DNA of 64,000 nucleotides, from contig NW_027192197.1 in the NCBI RefSeq assembly GCF_041956535.1, positions 73,829 through 137,828 on the forward strand. The letters are read 5' to 3'. Of this stretch, positions 11,734 through 25,081 are shown in pieces. This DNA is from Calcarisporiella thermophila CBS 279.70. Its lineage: Eukaryota; Fungi; Calcarisporiellomycota. The notes under the pieces are model-generated. The model was not told the DNA's origin, searched no databases, and saw only the letters and a program-made list of their open reading frames with translations. The position numbers and the translations under genes were made by a program. Every line of letters begins with the position of its first letter. The stretch's first letter is position 1.

Positions 11734-14700
11734 TCATGGAGAGTTCACCCGAACTCGCTGCCAGCCTGCTGCCAGTTTTTTTGCCCACTGGGTTGTGCCT
11801 AGCTTTCCCCCCTCTCCCCCGCCTGAACTCTCTTCTTCACCATACTCGTCAAGACCTCCTCGCGCTGGCCTCTTTACATCGTCCACCTCCGACTCCTCAC
11901 TCTCGATTACACTCCCATTCTCCTCTTGTAGATCTGGATGCGTTGGTGAACGTAGCCGTTGCAGCCGACTTTTTATCGAGCGAGGCTTGATCACGGAGGT
12001 CGCAGCTGTCGCAAGGCTGAGTGTTCGCGCCACTCGATTCTGTATAGCTTTATTAGGAGGAGCGAGATTGGTTGTCACAGAGCTGGACCGTAAAGGTCCT
12101 TCGACCATATTCGTTCCGCTTAGAGAACTAGGCGATTCGTCTGCTCCATTACTCATAGTGGATTTCGTGGGTGACGGCAGCGCTAGAGTAGTGGCCAGTG
12201 GAAATGGAAACGATTCAGCTGCCGAAAGGGAGATGGCAATGGACGGAGAGCGGGTATTGGGGTGGGCCTCTGATAAATTGGGCGATGCTAGGTTTTGATC
12301 AAGAAATGAGCTTCCCGATGAACGGCCTGAGAACGTGGAGCTATATTGAGGATTGGGCGATAGGAGAATGGTCGAATCACAACTGTTCTCTGTCGCTGGC
12401 TGATTGCGCTCCATCACTCGCCGAACTTCTTCATAGAAATTGCGTTTGAAAAATTTGACGAGTTTATCATGAAGGGGGCGCATCTCGTTGGAAACAAGCC
12501 GATCATGAATTTGGAGGCAGCGCTGAATAATCACAACCTAAAAGGAAAAAAAAAGATAAGGATAAGAGTATATATATAAATGGAATTAGAGTCAAGTGGC
12601 GACATTTACCTGCTCTTCTATTAGTCGCCTTAGTTTTTCGACTTCCTCTCTACCAGCGTTGGCCTCCCCCTCGGGTGAGAAAAACGCCTGCTTGTACATC
12701 GCGACTCCTCCATTAACAGGCGCATCAACCGCTCCGTTGAGAGCCATGGTGAGTGGGTTCAGGTTCAAAGCTTTCGATTTTGTTTGTCCGCGGAACCTCT
12801 CCTCAAGTTGCAGAAGTTCTTGATTTTTCGCTTGCATAGCCGCGATTGCGTTTTGTATTGGACTAACCTCCTCGACTCGCACCTTTACCACCTCGGATCT
12901 CCGGAGAACGAACGGGAAAGCGTCTTCGCATCGCAGCTCAGTGCGCTCAATCCATAGATCAACAAAATCATTGGGCGTCTCCTTTGACTGCGAGAGAATC
13001 GAAGAGGTGGCTCCGGGTATCGAAATCAAAGAAGATATGGATGCGCCATTGCTGGAGGTATTCCGCTTTGGCATAGGGCGTGAAAAACTGAATGTGTTGA
13101 TGCCGAAATGCTCGTGGTAGTCGCGGATGGCGTGCGGTACGTCAGGCCGCGTGAATTTAGGGTTGGAACGATCAGGTTCCGGGACGACGGCCGTGATATA
13201 AAGATACTGCCCCTCACTGTTTACAACGGCGTCACCGGGGGATATGTGACTTCCTAGAAGTTGAGCCTTTGGATGTTTAATTTGAATTCTTTCACAAAAC
13301 TCTGAAAGCTTCTCGAAAGGCAGTCCGCGATAAATAAACTGTTTTCCGCGCAACCCGACCGGGAATCCATGGCCAACGTAGCGCACACGGAAATATTCGC
13401 AGTGGTGGCGCTCCTGCTTAATGATAGTATCGCATAGATTGGCCTGTCGTCTTAATACCTCCGCTAGGCGAGCGTAGTCGTAGGTGGTATGTTCGTATTG
13501 ATGGGCAAGCTCTTTACAAAGTCCAACGGCATCCTCCCAGGCCTGCCCTTTTTCGAATAGCTCCATCATCTGGTAGTAGAGCATCTCTTTGCGGGCAAAC
13601 GAGCTCTGTTGAGGGAAGTTGTGACCCGGAGGGACGGTGTCTCCGGTGCGCCACGGGAGAAGATTAGCGTACAGCCGCAAAGTGTGCGCAGCCTCGACAA
13701 AACTGTCCTGCTTCACGTGCATCCGCACTAGTTCGTGTAAATATTTGACGTAAATATCATCCTGCTCGATCATTTGCACGAACTTCATCAACTGGAACAT
13801 GGCCATGATCCGATCGTCCTGGTACTCATCCAGTTCGGCAGGAAGATCGCGCACGTGCAACAATAGCTCCAGCAATCGATTCACTTTGGTGAGGAGAGCA
13901 CGTGCCTTGTTCACAAAGTCAAGTTGCGTCGATACTTGCAGCTGAGCAAGCATGTCGGTAATCAGGAACCAGCGGGCCGCATCGTCTCCTTTCCCGTCCG
14001 CCATGAGCAGAGAATCCATATGCTGAATAACAACTCGCTCCGTTAGACTTATCTCGCCTGTCTCCGAATGCTCTTTTTCCATAATAGTCATTAATATAGC
14101 TTCGTTGGCCTTACGCGTCTTCTCATGATGCATCAAACAAAGCTCTAGCACCGCTTTGATAACATCAGGTACGAGTAGCAGAAGGTGACGCTCATCGTAA
14201 GCATCCTCCTCCTCCTTGCTCTCGTTGGCGATCTTGGGCATAGGATCAAAGTCTAGAAAAAGGAGCCCGCTCGAATTTTTCATTGAAAACTGTTTTTTAG
14301 ACTCGTTACCAATGTCCCACAGCTGTTGTAAGAGATTCACTGCATCCGCCCGCAAGTCGCCCACGATATTCTGAACCGTTTGTTGCTTCTTCTCGGCGTG
14401 AAGATTATCGCAAGTCAGCAATCGAAGTAGTACTAGGAGCGTGTGTGTCCATACATCCATGTCCGCGTGTACATTTCCCGGGGAAGCAATGGAGATAATC
14501 CGCCTAGGAGGGGCATGTGTACTATTCAATAGCGCAGTGATAGCATGTAGAATCTTGAGGACCACCGAGTGGGAGATTACATTCACGTTAAGCCATTCAT
14601 CGGGAAAGACTTCATGTGTCAAAATAGACAGGCACATGGAAAGTAGTTGGTGAAGGAACTCCTCCATTTCCTCCATGGACATAGCCAGCGTCATAGTGTC

Positions 14701-17700
14701 CACGTAATCATGCAATTCTTGGACACTGACCCGATCACACAGTTCTAAAAAAACAGCAGCAATATCTGCATGAGCGGGTGTCGACTCGAGCATATCCATT
14801 TGCCCGACTGAGGACTTGCGTGGGTTTGATCGAAAGGTGCTGTGGATTGAGCTAGCATTGGAAGCGCTGCGGCTTCTTCCCGTAGTCGGCTTCGAAGTGG
14901 GCTGAGGGGGTGCCGTCGCTGAGGTAGAGTTTTTAAAGAAATGGAAGCACTCAACCAATTTGGGGATTAAACGGAGAAGATGGTGGTAGTTAGCGTTTTC
15001 TTGAGTTAACTCCACAGATGGAGTATCTTCCGGTATTTTCTGTACAGTCCTGTTCTCGCACAATCGCTCCAGAACCTCTGCCAGAATCAGGATGCACAGA
15101 CGTAAATCCTCTTGGGCCTTCTTGCCTTCTTCTCTCGACCTCAAGTGCTCACCCACCCATCTTGACACCGCAGGCACAAAGGCCGAACGCATAGGCCCGT
15201 CTTCGAGCAATGGGCCCCTACACATCTCTATAATCATTAGCAATCGACTGCGCAGCAGCTGGCCCCGAGGTGAGCGCATTGAGTCAATGAACTTGACTGC
15301 GAATCGGAAGAGCTCTACAGCCCGGAAGTAGCTAGATAGACTACTGAGCGATTCTACAAAATAGTTCAATGCGAGCACCTGTGAGCCAATCATTGACTGT
15401 GATTGTAGAACCATGAGCGCGTTCATCCTCTCAAATAGCTCAGACAGCTCGTGCCGAAACATTGTTTCGCTTGATGAGTGAGGAGCCACTTTTCCACATT
15501 CACTACTCTCCAGCTGGTGTGAACGCATCACAAATCGCAGCAGCTGCGGCCATACTTTGATGGTACGACGTAGTTCCTTCGCGTGATCGGAGCAATTTTC
15601 AAGGAGACGGCACATGCAGAGAATAAGGCGTGGGTGGACCCCGGGGAAGGCAAAATGTTTTTCTGCATATATCTCCAGAGCTTGATCGAAATTGCGGAAA
15701 CGCCGATCATGCACAATTCCCAGGACAGAAACTAGAGCGTCGAATGCTGGCTCGGTCAACTCGGCCATGCTCGCATGAATGGTGATCCCTGCCCCTAAGC
15801 CGAAGTTGGTGTAGGAATTTTGGTTGGGAGGATTACTATTTGGAAGTGAAGTTGAAAAAGCCGCCGCAATAGTTGCAATAGGCGGGTTATTTGCGGTACC
15901 CATGAAGCTCGTCGGCGTAATTCCACCGTTGGAAGAGGATGCAATACGCGTGGCCAAGAGAATCCCAAAGAGCGCATCGAGCACCTCAGTCAAAAATCGC
16001 ACCCGCTCTATCTCGGGCACAAATGAGATCTTGCTTAACACCCACCGTATTGCCGATTCGTCAGAATTTGCTAACAATTCCTTCCATCGTAGAAGCTGCA
16101 GCAGCACCTCATTTTGTACATATTGAGTTGAGCAGAGAAGTGTCTGCACCTCCACGGTATCTCTCAGAGCAACAAGCTTACCGCCACTCGTGATGATGGG
16201 GGCCGGAATACTTGCCGTATCGGAATCGCTCGCAACGTGAGGCAAGAGGGATTCCAAGGGGTTTAGCGTCCAAGCGTTTGCTCGGTATATTGAAGGGTTT
16301 GCGACCGAAAGATCCCACCGATACAATACTAAGACATGTTTGCCGTCGGCAACGCATGTCTCATTCGCCTGGAAGATGGGCAAAAATGAAAAAGCAAAAG
16401 GCTTATCAGCTTTGTCCTTGGAGTTGGCAGGGTACCGGTGATAGAATGTGAAGAAGATATGCGCTGGTTCGTCCATGTTTTCCGGCAATCGCACTTTAAT
16501 AAGCTCGTTCCAGTAGGGATTATTGGAATGATAGTATATGACGGAGTCAAACTGGGAAGCATATGGTTCGCCGGCACCGCGAGACAAGGCTTCTTCTACC
16601 ACCTCGCCTGTCGAATTTAGACGCACTTCAGCCGTAAACTATATAATAGAAGAAAAATATGAATTTTAAAATAAAATCAATGAATTCTAAATGAACTTTG
16701 CTCATACTTGAATATTTCGATTCCGATTCTGCTGGGGGAAATTTCCGAAGCAAACCCGAATGTAAAAGTCGTTTCTCGCAAATCCTGGCAATACGATGTC
16801 CGGTAAGCCAAGCGTGCGCGTAAGGGGAGCGTCAAACATGAGGGAGGGATTTTCACGCACCACCATATCCGCTTCTCCCTTAAACAAACGCAGGCTCAAA
16901 CACAAAACCTCTCCCGTGCGGGATACCTCGTACTCTCGCGCGTTTTTTGCGAGAATATCTTCGTGAAGTCGAGCAAATTTGGATTCGTTGATAGGGAAGA
17001 AAAGAGGTACCTGTTGCTCTACGGCTGACGACGGATCTTTGCCCACGTTAAAAATAGAGCCTAGCGCTAGCATACAAACCGCTACAGGACGTCGTATCGC
17101 TTGTAATTGCTGCCCCTCGCCCAATGGGACTCCGCCTTGAACTGCTCTCCCGTTTAATAAACTCCCGTTCACCGATAATTTGTCTGTGTCCGACAGCGCC
17201 ATCTCCGTCACATTAGATAGTGTGGACAAAGATGTCTGTGCTGCGCGTAAATAACCTACGCGGATGATGTGACATACCAGATAGAGGTGGGGTGTAATTT
17301 CTTGGTCCGTGAAGAGAGTGTGTATTCGGCCTATTTTCGATTCGTCTTGTGGTATACCATTGACGGTGAGTACGACCACATATTCTTCTGATACATAACG
17401 TGATTCTGCAGCATTGTAAAGGGAAAAGAGAAGCTCTGCGGTTTCACCGCGTGCACACAAACGGGCAGCACAGGCTTTGAGCTCGAAAAAAATCTGACTG
17501 GCAGCAGGTAAGGGAGGTGGGGTTGGAAGATTGGGTACGAAACTAGGGAATGCACCCGAAGTAAAATTAGGAAGCATAGCAGAGGAGGTATCTCCGGAGG
17601 AGGCTTTGGCTGCGTGCTGTCTGTGAATTCGAGTAATGGGGGTAAGTTTTGATGAAGTTACTTGTCCCGTTTCATTATCTTTCAATATCTGATCCTGTTT

Positions 17701-18108
17701 GTGCAAGGCGGCACGGCTAGGGTGGCTTGAGGTGGACATCATGGATTGAAGGGACATCTTTTGTGCACTGAGTTTCCATGGCGGAATCCCCGGAATGTCG
17801 TTGAGATGTTGAATTATGTGTACATGAGTCATTGGAAATATTCCAATTCTCACGCCAGGCGAGTCAGTAGTAGGCGGACAGGGGTTTCTTGGGTCAATGA
17901 CATAGCCGCGAAACCACTGCTCACATTGCTCGAGAGCATATATGGTTTCTCCGAAATTAAGGCGGATTTTATGGAATGAGGATGGATGATTAAGAGCGGG
18001 ATCTGTGCGAGTAGTCGGGTCCGCATCCGGAGGAGGAAACAGATCTGGTTCGGGCGCATAATCGAAGGTGACCTGTCCATGGTAGATTTTTGGCAGTGCT
18101 TGCCACAT
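11734..18108 (-). CDS. DOCK-family Rho/Rac guanine nucleotide exchange factor (SH3, DHR-1 C2, DHR-2), 3 exons
   Basis: MWQALPKIYHG start; SH3-like ALEQCEQWFRGY...GIFPMTHV; C2 YYHSNNPYWNE; DHR-2 YFRVRYVGHGFP...KQFIYRG and LTMALNGAVDAPVNGGVAMY. Introns at ~16638-16707 and ~12538-12609. Confidence 0.95.
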
Positions 18109-19219
18109 TCTGATGGAGATGGGTAAACGAATTGGGGAATGAGAAGTAAATAAATTGAATGAAAACACGCAAGAATAGCACGATGCTTACTTTTCCATTC
18201 TATTTTTAATTCTATTACTCTCATCAGCGGGTAATTTGGTCATCATTTTCAAAATAAGGGAAGGAGAAGTATGGCAATTATTGCCACAAAATCTACGTGG
18301 ATATACCGCAGAAGTGAGATTATTGGGATCCGCAATACGCTATTATCGGGACATGTTAACCTTTACCTTTGAAGTTCACCGGATTCACTTCAGCTACCAG
18401 ATGAATGAGCAAAAGGAGAGCGATGTGACAATTTCCAAAATAAAATATTAAGGAGTGTAGTATTAAGCTTAGAGACAATTTCGAAGGCAGAAGACAGGAG
18501 AACGAGATAAATAAGGAACATCCAAGATACCGAGCGAAACAGAATTGCAGAGTGATCGGTATGCTGGAAATCTACTGGACAAAGCATCAATTCAGCCGTT
18601 AGCTAATTGGAAATTTGTGAAATAATATAAGTAATTCCTAATTGGAATATCAGAATCACATTAGTTGGGTCAGAGATGATTCTGCACACGATAGAATTGG
18701 TAGTGCTCCAGAAACAGATATCGATGATACCGAATGAGATTAAAGGATCTTGTCAATACCATTTTCATAGTTAGCAAGATCTCTGGTACCACTATGGGAG
18801 TGTTGGAGATGTGAAGGAAAATTTTTCACCAACTGCTGCTATCGTCGATACCACCGTCTCTTTGGTTAGAGTAGCCCCGCAGGAGCGGTAGGTTATTTAT
18901 TAAGACACAGATGCAAAAGCAATGCTTTGATCCTGGTCACTTCTAAACGATTGCCAAGAAACAGACGCTCCTCTTCATCTATTGGTTTCACGATAATTAG
19001 AGTCGGGGGCTGAATAGTGGCGCTCAGGACTTTTTAGTTCTTTGATAGAACAAAGAATTAAATTTTGTAATGGATTACATTTGGAGACTATGTTTAATTT
19101 TATTAGACAAGGTGTTCCCAAGAAAAGAAATAAAAAGAAAGAGATTTAGAATGAATCGTTGATAAAAGGAAATATATATATAGATAGCAGTTTGAGGTGC
19201 CAAGCTACGTAAATCCTCC

Positions 19220-22200
19220 TTAGGCAAATCCGAAGCCAGAGCTGCATTCTTGTATGGCTGTAAGAAGCGTTTGCCTAAGTTGCTCGTATGATTCGTATTC
19301 AGGTAGATCAAGCTGGTTAAAGCTAAGATGATTATAAAATAAATTAGAATAGAGCACAAATTGGTTAGTTCCTAAATTTGTAAATTCACGTACCATGTGT
19401 GTGCAGATGGCAATCGATTGGTGCTAGAAAAGTCTTTGTGTATTTGGAATTTTTGCACCCCATTCGAACCCTGCAATGCACTAAAGCCTTCAAGTGGGAC
19501 TTTACTTGTTCCAGTCACAAATTGGAGCAGTTTTGCACGCTCTTCCTGGTCGAAACTACGTACCGCTCGCCAGAACCATTGCACCTGTGGAGAAGATGGA
19601 GTGTAGGTCTGATACTCTGTGTTGTTGCGCCAGTCGTCGATATCTATATCGGGCATGCCTGAGATCAACAGCTCCAATTCTTGCTCGTTGAAAATACGGA
19701 TGAGGTGGGGTGGTACGATATCATGCAGTCCCGCAAGGAATGCTTTGATTTGGTCTTGAATGGCGAGTGTGAGCTTCTGTTCCGTGACGAGTTTTACATA
19801 CTCTCGCTTATTTTCTTCCGTAACCTCAATATCCCGTCCTCCAGGCTTGAGGTCAATGGTGCGTGTCTTTCCAAAGTCATCCGTCTCAACGCTAAAGGTC
19901 AAATCGATAATGTCGGTGATATCATTTTCGAGCATCCAAACCAAGCTCTTGTAGTACTCGGGATCGACCGCCTCCACATCTCGGTAGTCAACAGAGCGTC
20001 CAAGCATATGCTTATAGAAAGAACGAGTGAAGTATGCGTCTAATAACCGACCATCATAAATGGCTTTGCCAATCACTCGCCCCACGAACTACAGAAGGAT
20101 AAACAAAATAATTAATAAGCAAAGAGATCTAAAAAGAATAAAGCTTGTTGAAATTGCCGTACCCTGAAATATGCCAGGTGATCTGGATTTACCCAGGATG
20201 CACGATTTGGCTGGTAAGTCATTCGGCCTGCAGCTGATGGCTTGAAAAGTGCATAGTCTGGGTTGAACATGGCCCTGGCTAATACAGAGAACCATTCCCT
20301 AGTCACTCCACCTACGTCAACTCCCTCTTCGTCGTGGAAACGTACGCTTAATTTTCCATATTTAATTTCGTCACCCGAACGGCCTTGCAGTTGATGGAAC
20401 GAGTCTTCAAAGATATATTGTCGCCGCACATTCAATTGCAGTGTGCCATGATGGAATCGAGCACCTGTACGTTTATGCAGTTGTTGATGGAAGTAGTTGC
20501 GCTTGTTATCGAACTCAAGCATCTTAGGATTATGGACCAGAAGCGAGAAAGAGCCACTCATTAACGAGGGATTGTTTCGTACGAGTAGATTCAGGATTTT
20601 GCGGTGCTCTTCAGTGAAGGCAAAGAAAAGTTCTTCAGGAGTTGTCGCTGTACTCACAAGCTTAGTTGTTGCGTTTTCCCGAGATCGCTCGTCAGCAAGG
20701 GGCATCTCGGCAGGTGGCCCCTTGATCGCAACATATTTGGATACCACCATGAAGGATTCAACGAGAGGAAGAAGAACTGTCGCGACATGAACTACGTCAG
20801 GCTTATCTCGCAGGTGACCAAGGCATTCACTCAGACGTTGCCAGAGCGGAGTGAAAGCCAATTCGTCATAGATATGTGTGATTTTATCATCTACCGCCAT
20901 CGCCTCACCGCTCCCTACAGTTTGATCACCCGATTTAGGTGCTGGAGTACTCTGTTCTGTCAAATCCTCCTCGGAGGTTGAAGCAGACACCGCAGAAGTT
21001 GAGGTTGCAATCAGTGTAGAAGCACCGTTGCTAGCATTGCTAGCTGTAGATGACTTCCGTGAGTACATGTAATCGATTGTCTTCAGTACACGCAATAATT
21101 TGGCCTGCTGAGACGAAGGGGCAGAAAACTTGATCAACGTTGCACCTTGGATATCTGCTCCGCTCTTTGCCTCCCGTAAAAGCCCCTCTAGTTCATCCAG
21201 GTTGCCCCGAATGCAACGTCCAAGATCTTGAGCGCTCTTTGCCAGTTCTGCGGTGATTATATCGCGCGCACCCTTGAGGGAGGAGAGGTGTTGGATGATG
21301 GATAAAGTGTGTTGAAAAGTCTTGCCCGAACATTCCCCTGCTGTCAACACATGTACCACGAGTCGCAAATAGTGATCGGAGATCTCGGGAGGTTTGAGGG
21401 CGGGTTCCTCTTCTGTCTCCTTCACCTCGTTCTTATCCTCCTTCACTTTATCCTTGTCGGAGTTAGCGGCAGATTCGCCAATATTGGCCTGATTCTCTGC
21501 TTCAGTTTGATTAGACTCCCCACGTTGCTGTGATGAAGTTACCGGTGTGGTAGAGGAATTGGCGGTTAAAGCCTCTTGCGCATTAGTATTACCGTCACTA
21601 CCATCACTTTGAGGCAAATTTCCGCTTGCTGTCATGTCAACATCACCTCCATGCCTTTCTGTGCTATTTTCTGCCGTTGAACCATCGGGTTTTTCTTTGC
21701 CAGGCTTATCCTCCTTTTTCTCTTTCGCCAAAAACGATAACGGACGGCACACCATTGACATTAAATGTGTTAAATTATCCATAAGAGAGGTATTTTTTAC
21801 GAATACGGGTCGATCAAGCAAACTCAGCAATATTACAACCGGGTATTTGGTTGCGGCAATTGACTCCTTTGATTTCCCTTTTCGATTTCCGGGCCGTTTG
21901 AAGAAACCCAAATTTTCATTTTCTTGTAAGAAAAAAGTTACCACATCCTCGTTGTAGCTTGCAACATAGATAAGTGCTTCTAAACTGCGTTGCATAATAA
22001 GATTTGGCATTGCACGTTGATGGGGCTGATGATGCTGGTGATGTTCCTTGCCACTTGGGGTTTTGGATTTTGACGCGGATCGCGGAGTCTTTCCTGTTCG
22101 ACTGCACAGCTGCGCAAAACTTCGATCAACGGCTGCAAGATCCCCACTTCCATCCTGTAAGATTGCGAGGATCAGGGTGATTAATTCGGAACGCGTCTTT

Positions 22201-24345
22201 GCATTTTCACATAAATTTAATAGTAGGCGGTGGTGCATGCTTTTTGCAACTGGCTGTGGGAGAAACAGCAATCGAATCAGAACGGAAAGCCCAGATCGAT
22301 CCACAAGCTGTATTGCATCTTTTTTATCTGCTTTTTTTGTCTCTGTGGATGCAATGGCAGAGGTCGGTTCTCGGATAATGCCGGGTGAGCGCGAAGTTCG
22401 ACGAACCACATTGCTATACCGTCGACTAGATCGGCTCCGCAGCGTATTTGCCTCTGCGATAATGGAAGGCGGTAAGGCTGACAAGAAATCATCATCTTGC
22501 TCTAAGAGAACCGTCTGCCGTAGCTGGGGATCCAGAGATGCAATAAAATCTGCAGGGTCCATATCCGTAGGACCACCTTCCTCTATTCTATCTCTGTCAC
22601 CACTGTCACCTTCACGGCGCAAAGCCCGCTGACGCTCAAGGGCTTCATCATGCAAAATTTCTTCTCGAATCTCAGGTGGTAACGCTTCCAAAAACTCTTC
22701 ACTTATCGTTACTCCGGTTTCTGCACCATTTAGGCTTGCCTGGCGCTGTTCACGGAAATGCTGAGTAAATACTTCTTGCCGAAGATCATCGGGTAGTGCT
22801 TCCAGGAAGGTAGGATCAATCCCCGTATTGGTAATATCAACTTCGTGCCCGTTTATCATAACAGTTGTGCGTTCACTCTGTTCATTCTGCTCGCCCTGCT
22901 CATCCCGACTTGGTTCACCGGTAGTTTCGATGGCGGTTGGTTCAGGAGCAGTGGGTGTCGCGTGATCTTCTTCCATAGGCCCACTTGGTCCTGAAGATTC
23001 TTCAGGTGCGGTACTAATAGGTGCGGCAGGGGTGGTAGCGCTAGGAGTAGCGTCATCTCGCATTTCCTCTGTAGCTGGGCGAGCATCTGCTGAAGATTCA
23101 GCAGTGAACTCTTCTAGTGCTGTCTCAGTGGCTAATGATGCCGTTGTCCGCTCTGTTCCTTCTTCACCTTGATCTTTCCTCTCCTGGTCGTTTAGGTGAT
23201 CATTGTCCGTTTCAGGTAACGCATCCATCTCCAGGTCTGATCCGCGTTCCTTCGCGAGAGCTGCTGTACGCTTTTTCTTCAACTCTTTACGTCGTTGCAG
23301 CTCCTCACGAGTTTCAGGGATGAGCTCGAGTAAAACGCGGTTGACCAAATTAACTGCTTTGTCCGACATGCTGTTGCCATAAAGCATTCTGCTCTCCTGA
23401 TACCAACGATCGCTGGTATTAAGTGGCATGAAGTCAGATGCAGGTTTAGAAGAATCACCAGAGGTACCGACGCCTAATCCTCGTGATCCACCAGGATACA
23501 CAGCTACACCTAGTGGACCGCGGTCGCCACCTGCGCCCATACGATCATACTCAACCCCACCAACAAAGTTAACACCTTCAATGCGGAACATAGACATTGA
23601 ATCTATTGATAAAGTTATAACGTTATAGAAATTAAACTTGAGAATTCAAAAATTAATCGCATACCTGATTGACGACCAGTTCGTCCTTGAAGTCCACCCA
23701 AGCCGACTGATCCCGCAGGTGGCCCTCTATTCACTAATAGAGGATGCATGTTGACATCGTCATTCGTACCCGATGCTCCAGGGGGTGGAGGAGCAAAAGG
23801 CGGTGCGGATTGAGTAAATGATTCGATTAAATGATTTAAAAACCCTAATCTTTCTGATGCTCCTCCTTCCCGATCGTCATTGCCCGAACGACTTGCATCA
23901 CCGTCTGCAGGATAAAGGCGGATATCAAGGGCGGCCCGGCGCATGGGTACTACACGACCGCTAAATTGTCGACGCCCGCCGCCTAAATTCAAGAGTGTTT
24001 GAAGCGCGTTTGTTGTAAGTGGTTCGTCTTCGACAAAAAATCCAGAAGCATCTCCTAGATCAATGGTAAAACCGTATCGTCCATCATTGCCACTGCCACC
24101 CAAAATCATCTAAAAAGGATAATTAAATAGATATAATACAGAAAATATAAACGAAAAATCAGCATAATCAGCATTAATCATTAAGCTAAATTTAAAAGAG
24201 TGATCATTGCCTCATTGTCGTCAAGAATCTCGTCAGGATCTTCGTCCTCCTCGTCGTACTCCTCTTCGTCCATTTCTTCGTCCTCCTCTTCCTCCTCGAC
24301 CTCTTCCTCAGGTACGGGTTCATGCGGTGGTGGATTTTGAGGCAT
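19220..24345 (-). CDS. TOM1: Tom1/HUWE1-type HECT E3 ubiquitin ligase, C-terminal half only (acidic linker + UBM/DUF4414 repeats + HECT), 5 exons, ~1,600 aa
   Basis: UBM repeats [17 protein letters not shown] and [17 protein letters not shown]; [29 protein letters not shown]; HECT ends [40 protein letters not shown], with the catalytic Cys codon split by the last intron. Confidence 0.92.
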
Positions 24346-24653
24346 TACGATTGATATGAATGATAGATAGATTGCTCGTTTCTTTTATTTTATAAATTGA
24401 GGTCTAAAACTAGAAAGAAAACGAGAGGGGATAAAATTGGTCTTCAATGAAAGATTAATGATCGCGAAAAATATTGCGATCTTCATAAAAAGAAAAAGCT
24501 ATACTAACTGGCAGGTGACGTATTTGTGATACGTATCAAATATTGAACAGAAATATATTCATAAAGCGAAAATTTCTATTATAATATATCAGAACATATA
24601 AACAAAGTTGGTTTAAAGAAATTGCCCCCCTCCCTCCCCCTCCCAACACACAC

Positions 24654-24717
24654 ACTTGTCAACAAATGGGTTACTGATGAACTACTACTTCAATAGAAAC
24701 CCATTTGTTGTTCAAGT
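24654..24717. repeat. Near-perfect inverted repeat / hairpin (~64 nt)
   Basis: Perfect arms CAACAAATGGGTT (24660-24672) and AACCCATTTGTTG (24698-24710), extended by ACTTG/CAAGT outside and CTGATGAA/TTCAATAG inside. Confidence 0.85.
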
Positions 24718-25081
24718 ATCAGAGCATATATAGCTAATTTTATTTTATTTTATTTTTTTTGCTATAGAACTCGAATATAGATATATTTTCTAACAATAGA
24801 ATCATTTAAAACTTCAACATAAGCAACGACACTGACCGATAAATAGAGGCTATGCCTTGAAATAAATTGAAAATTGTCATTCAAATTAATGAAAAACGGT
24901 CCAAAATACCGCTATTAGTCAAATTTACAGAATTCCTTTCCATTATCCCCCAGAATGGTATCACGGGTTTTATCATAAATTATTCTTTGGGGTCTACAAA
25001 AGCTTCTTTCAGCCCACGAGAAGAATACGAAATAGTTTAAATTTGTTCGTAATTATAAAAAGTCAGTAAACATTAATAATT

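Noticed and set aside
18200-19100. Short ORFs and partial complementarity between DOCK and TOM1
   Set aside because: No coherent exon chain or RNA family motif.
11718-23628. Numerous 60-200 aa antisense or alternate-frame ORFs over DOCK and TOM1 (and likewise over TAO3 and PMT4)
   Set aside because: These are shadow ORFs of long coding exons, with no independent motifs.
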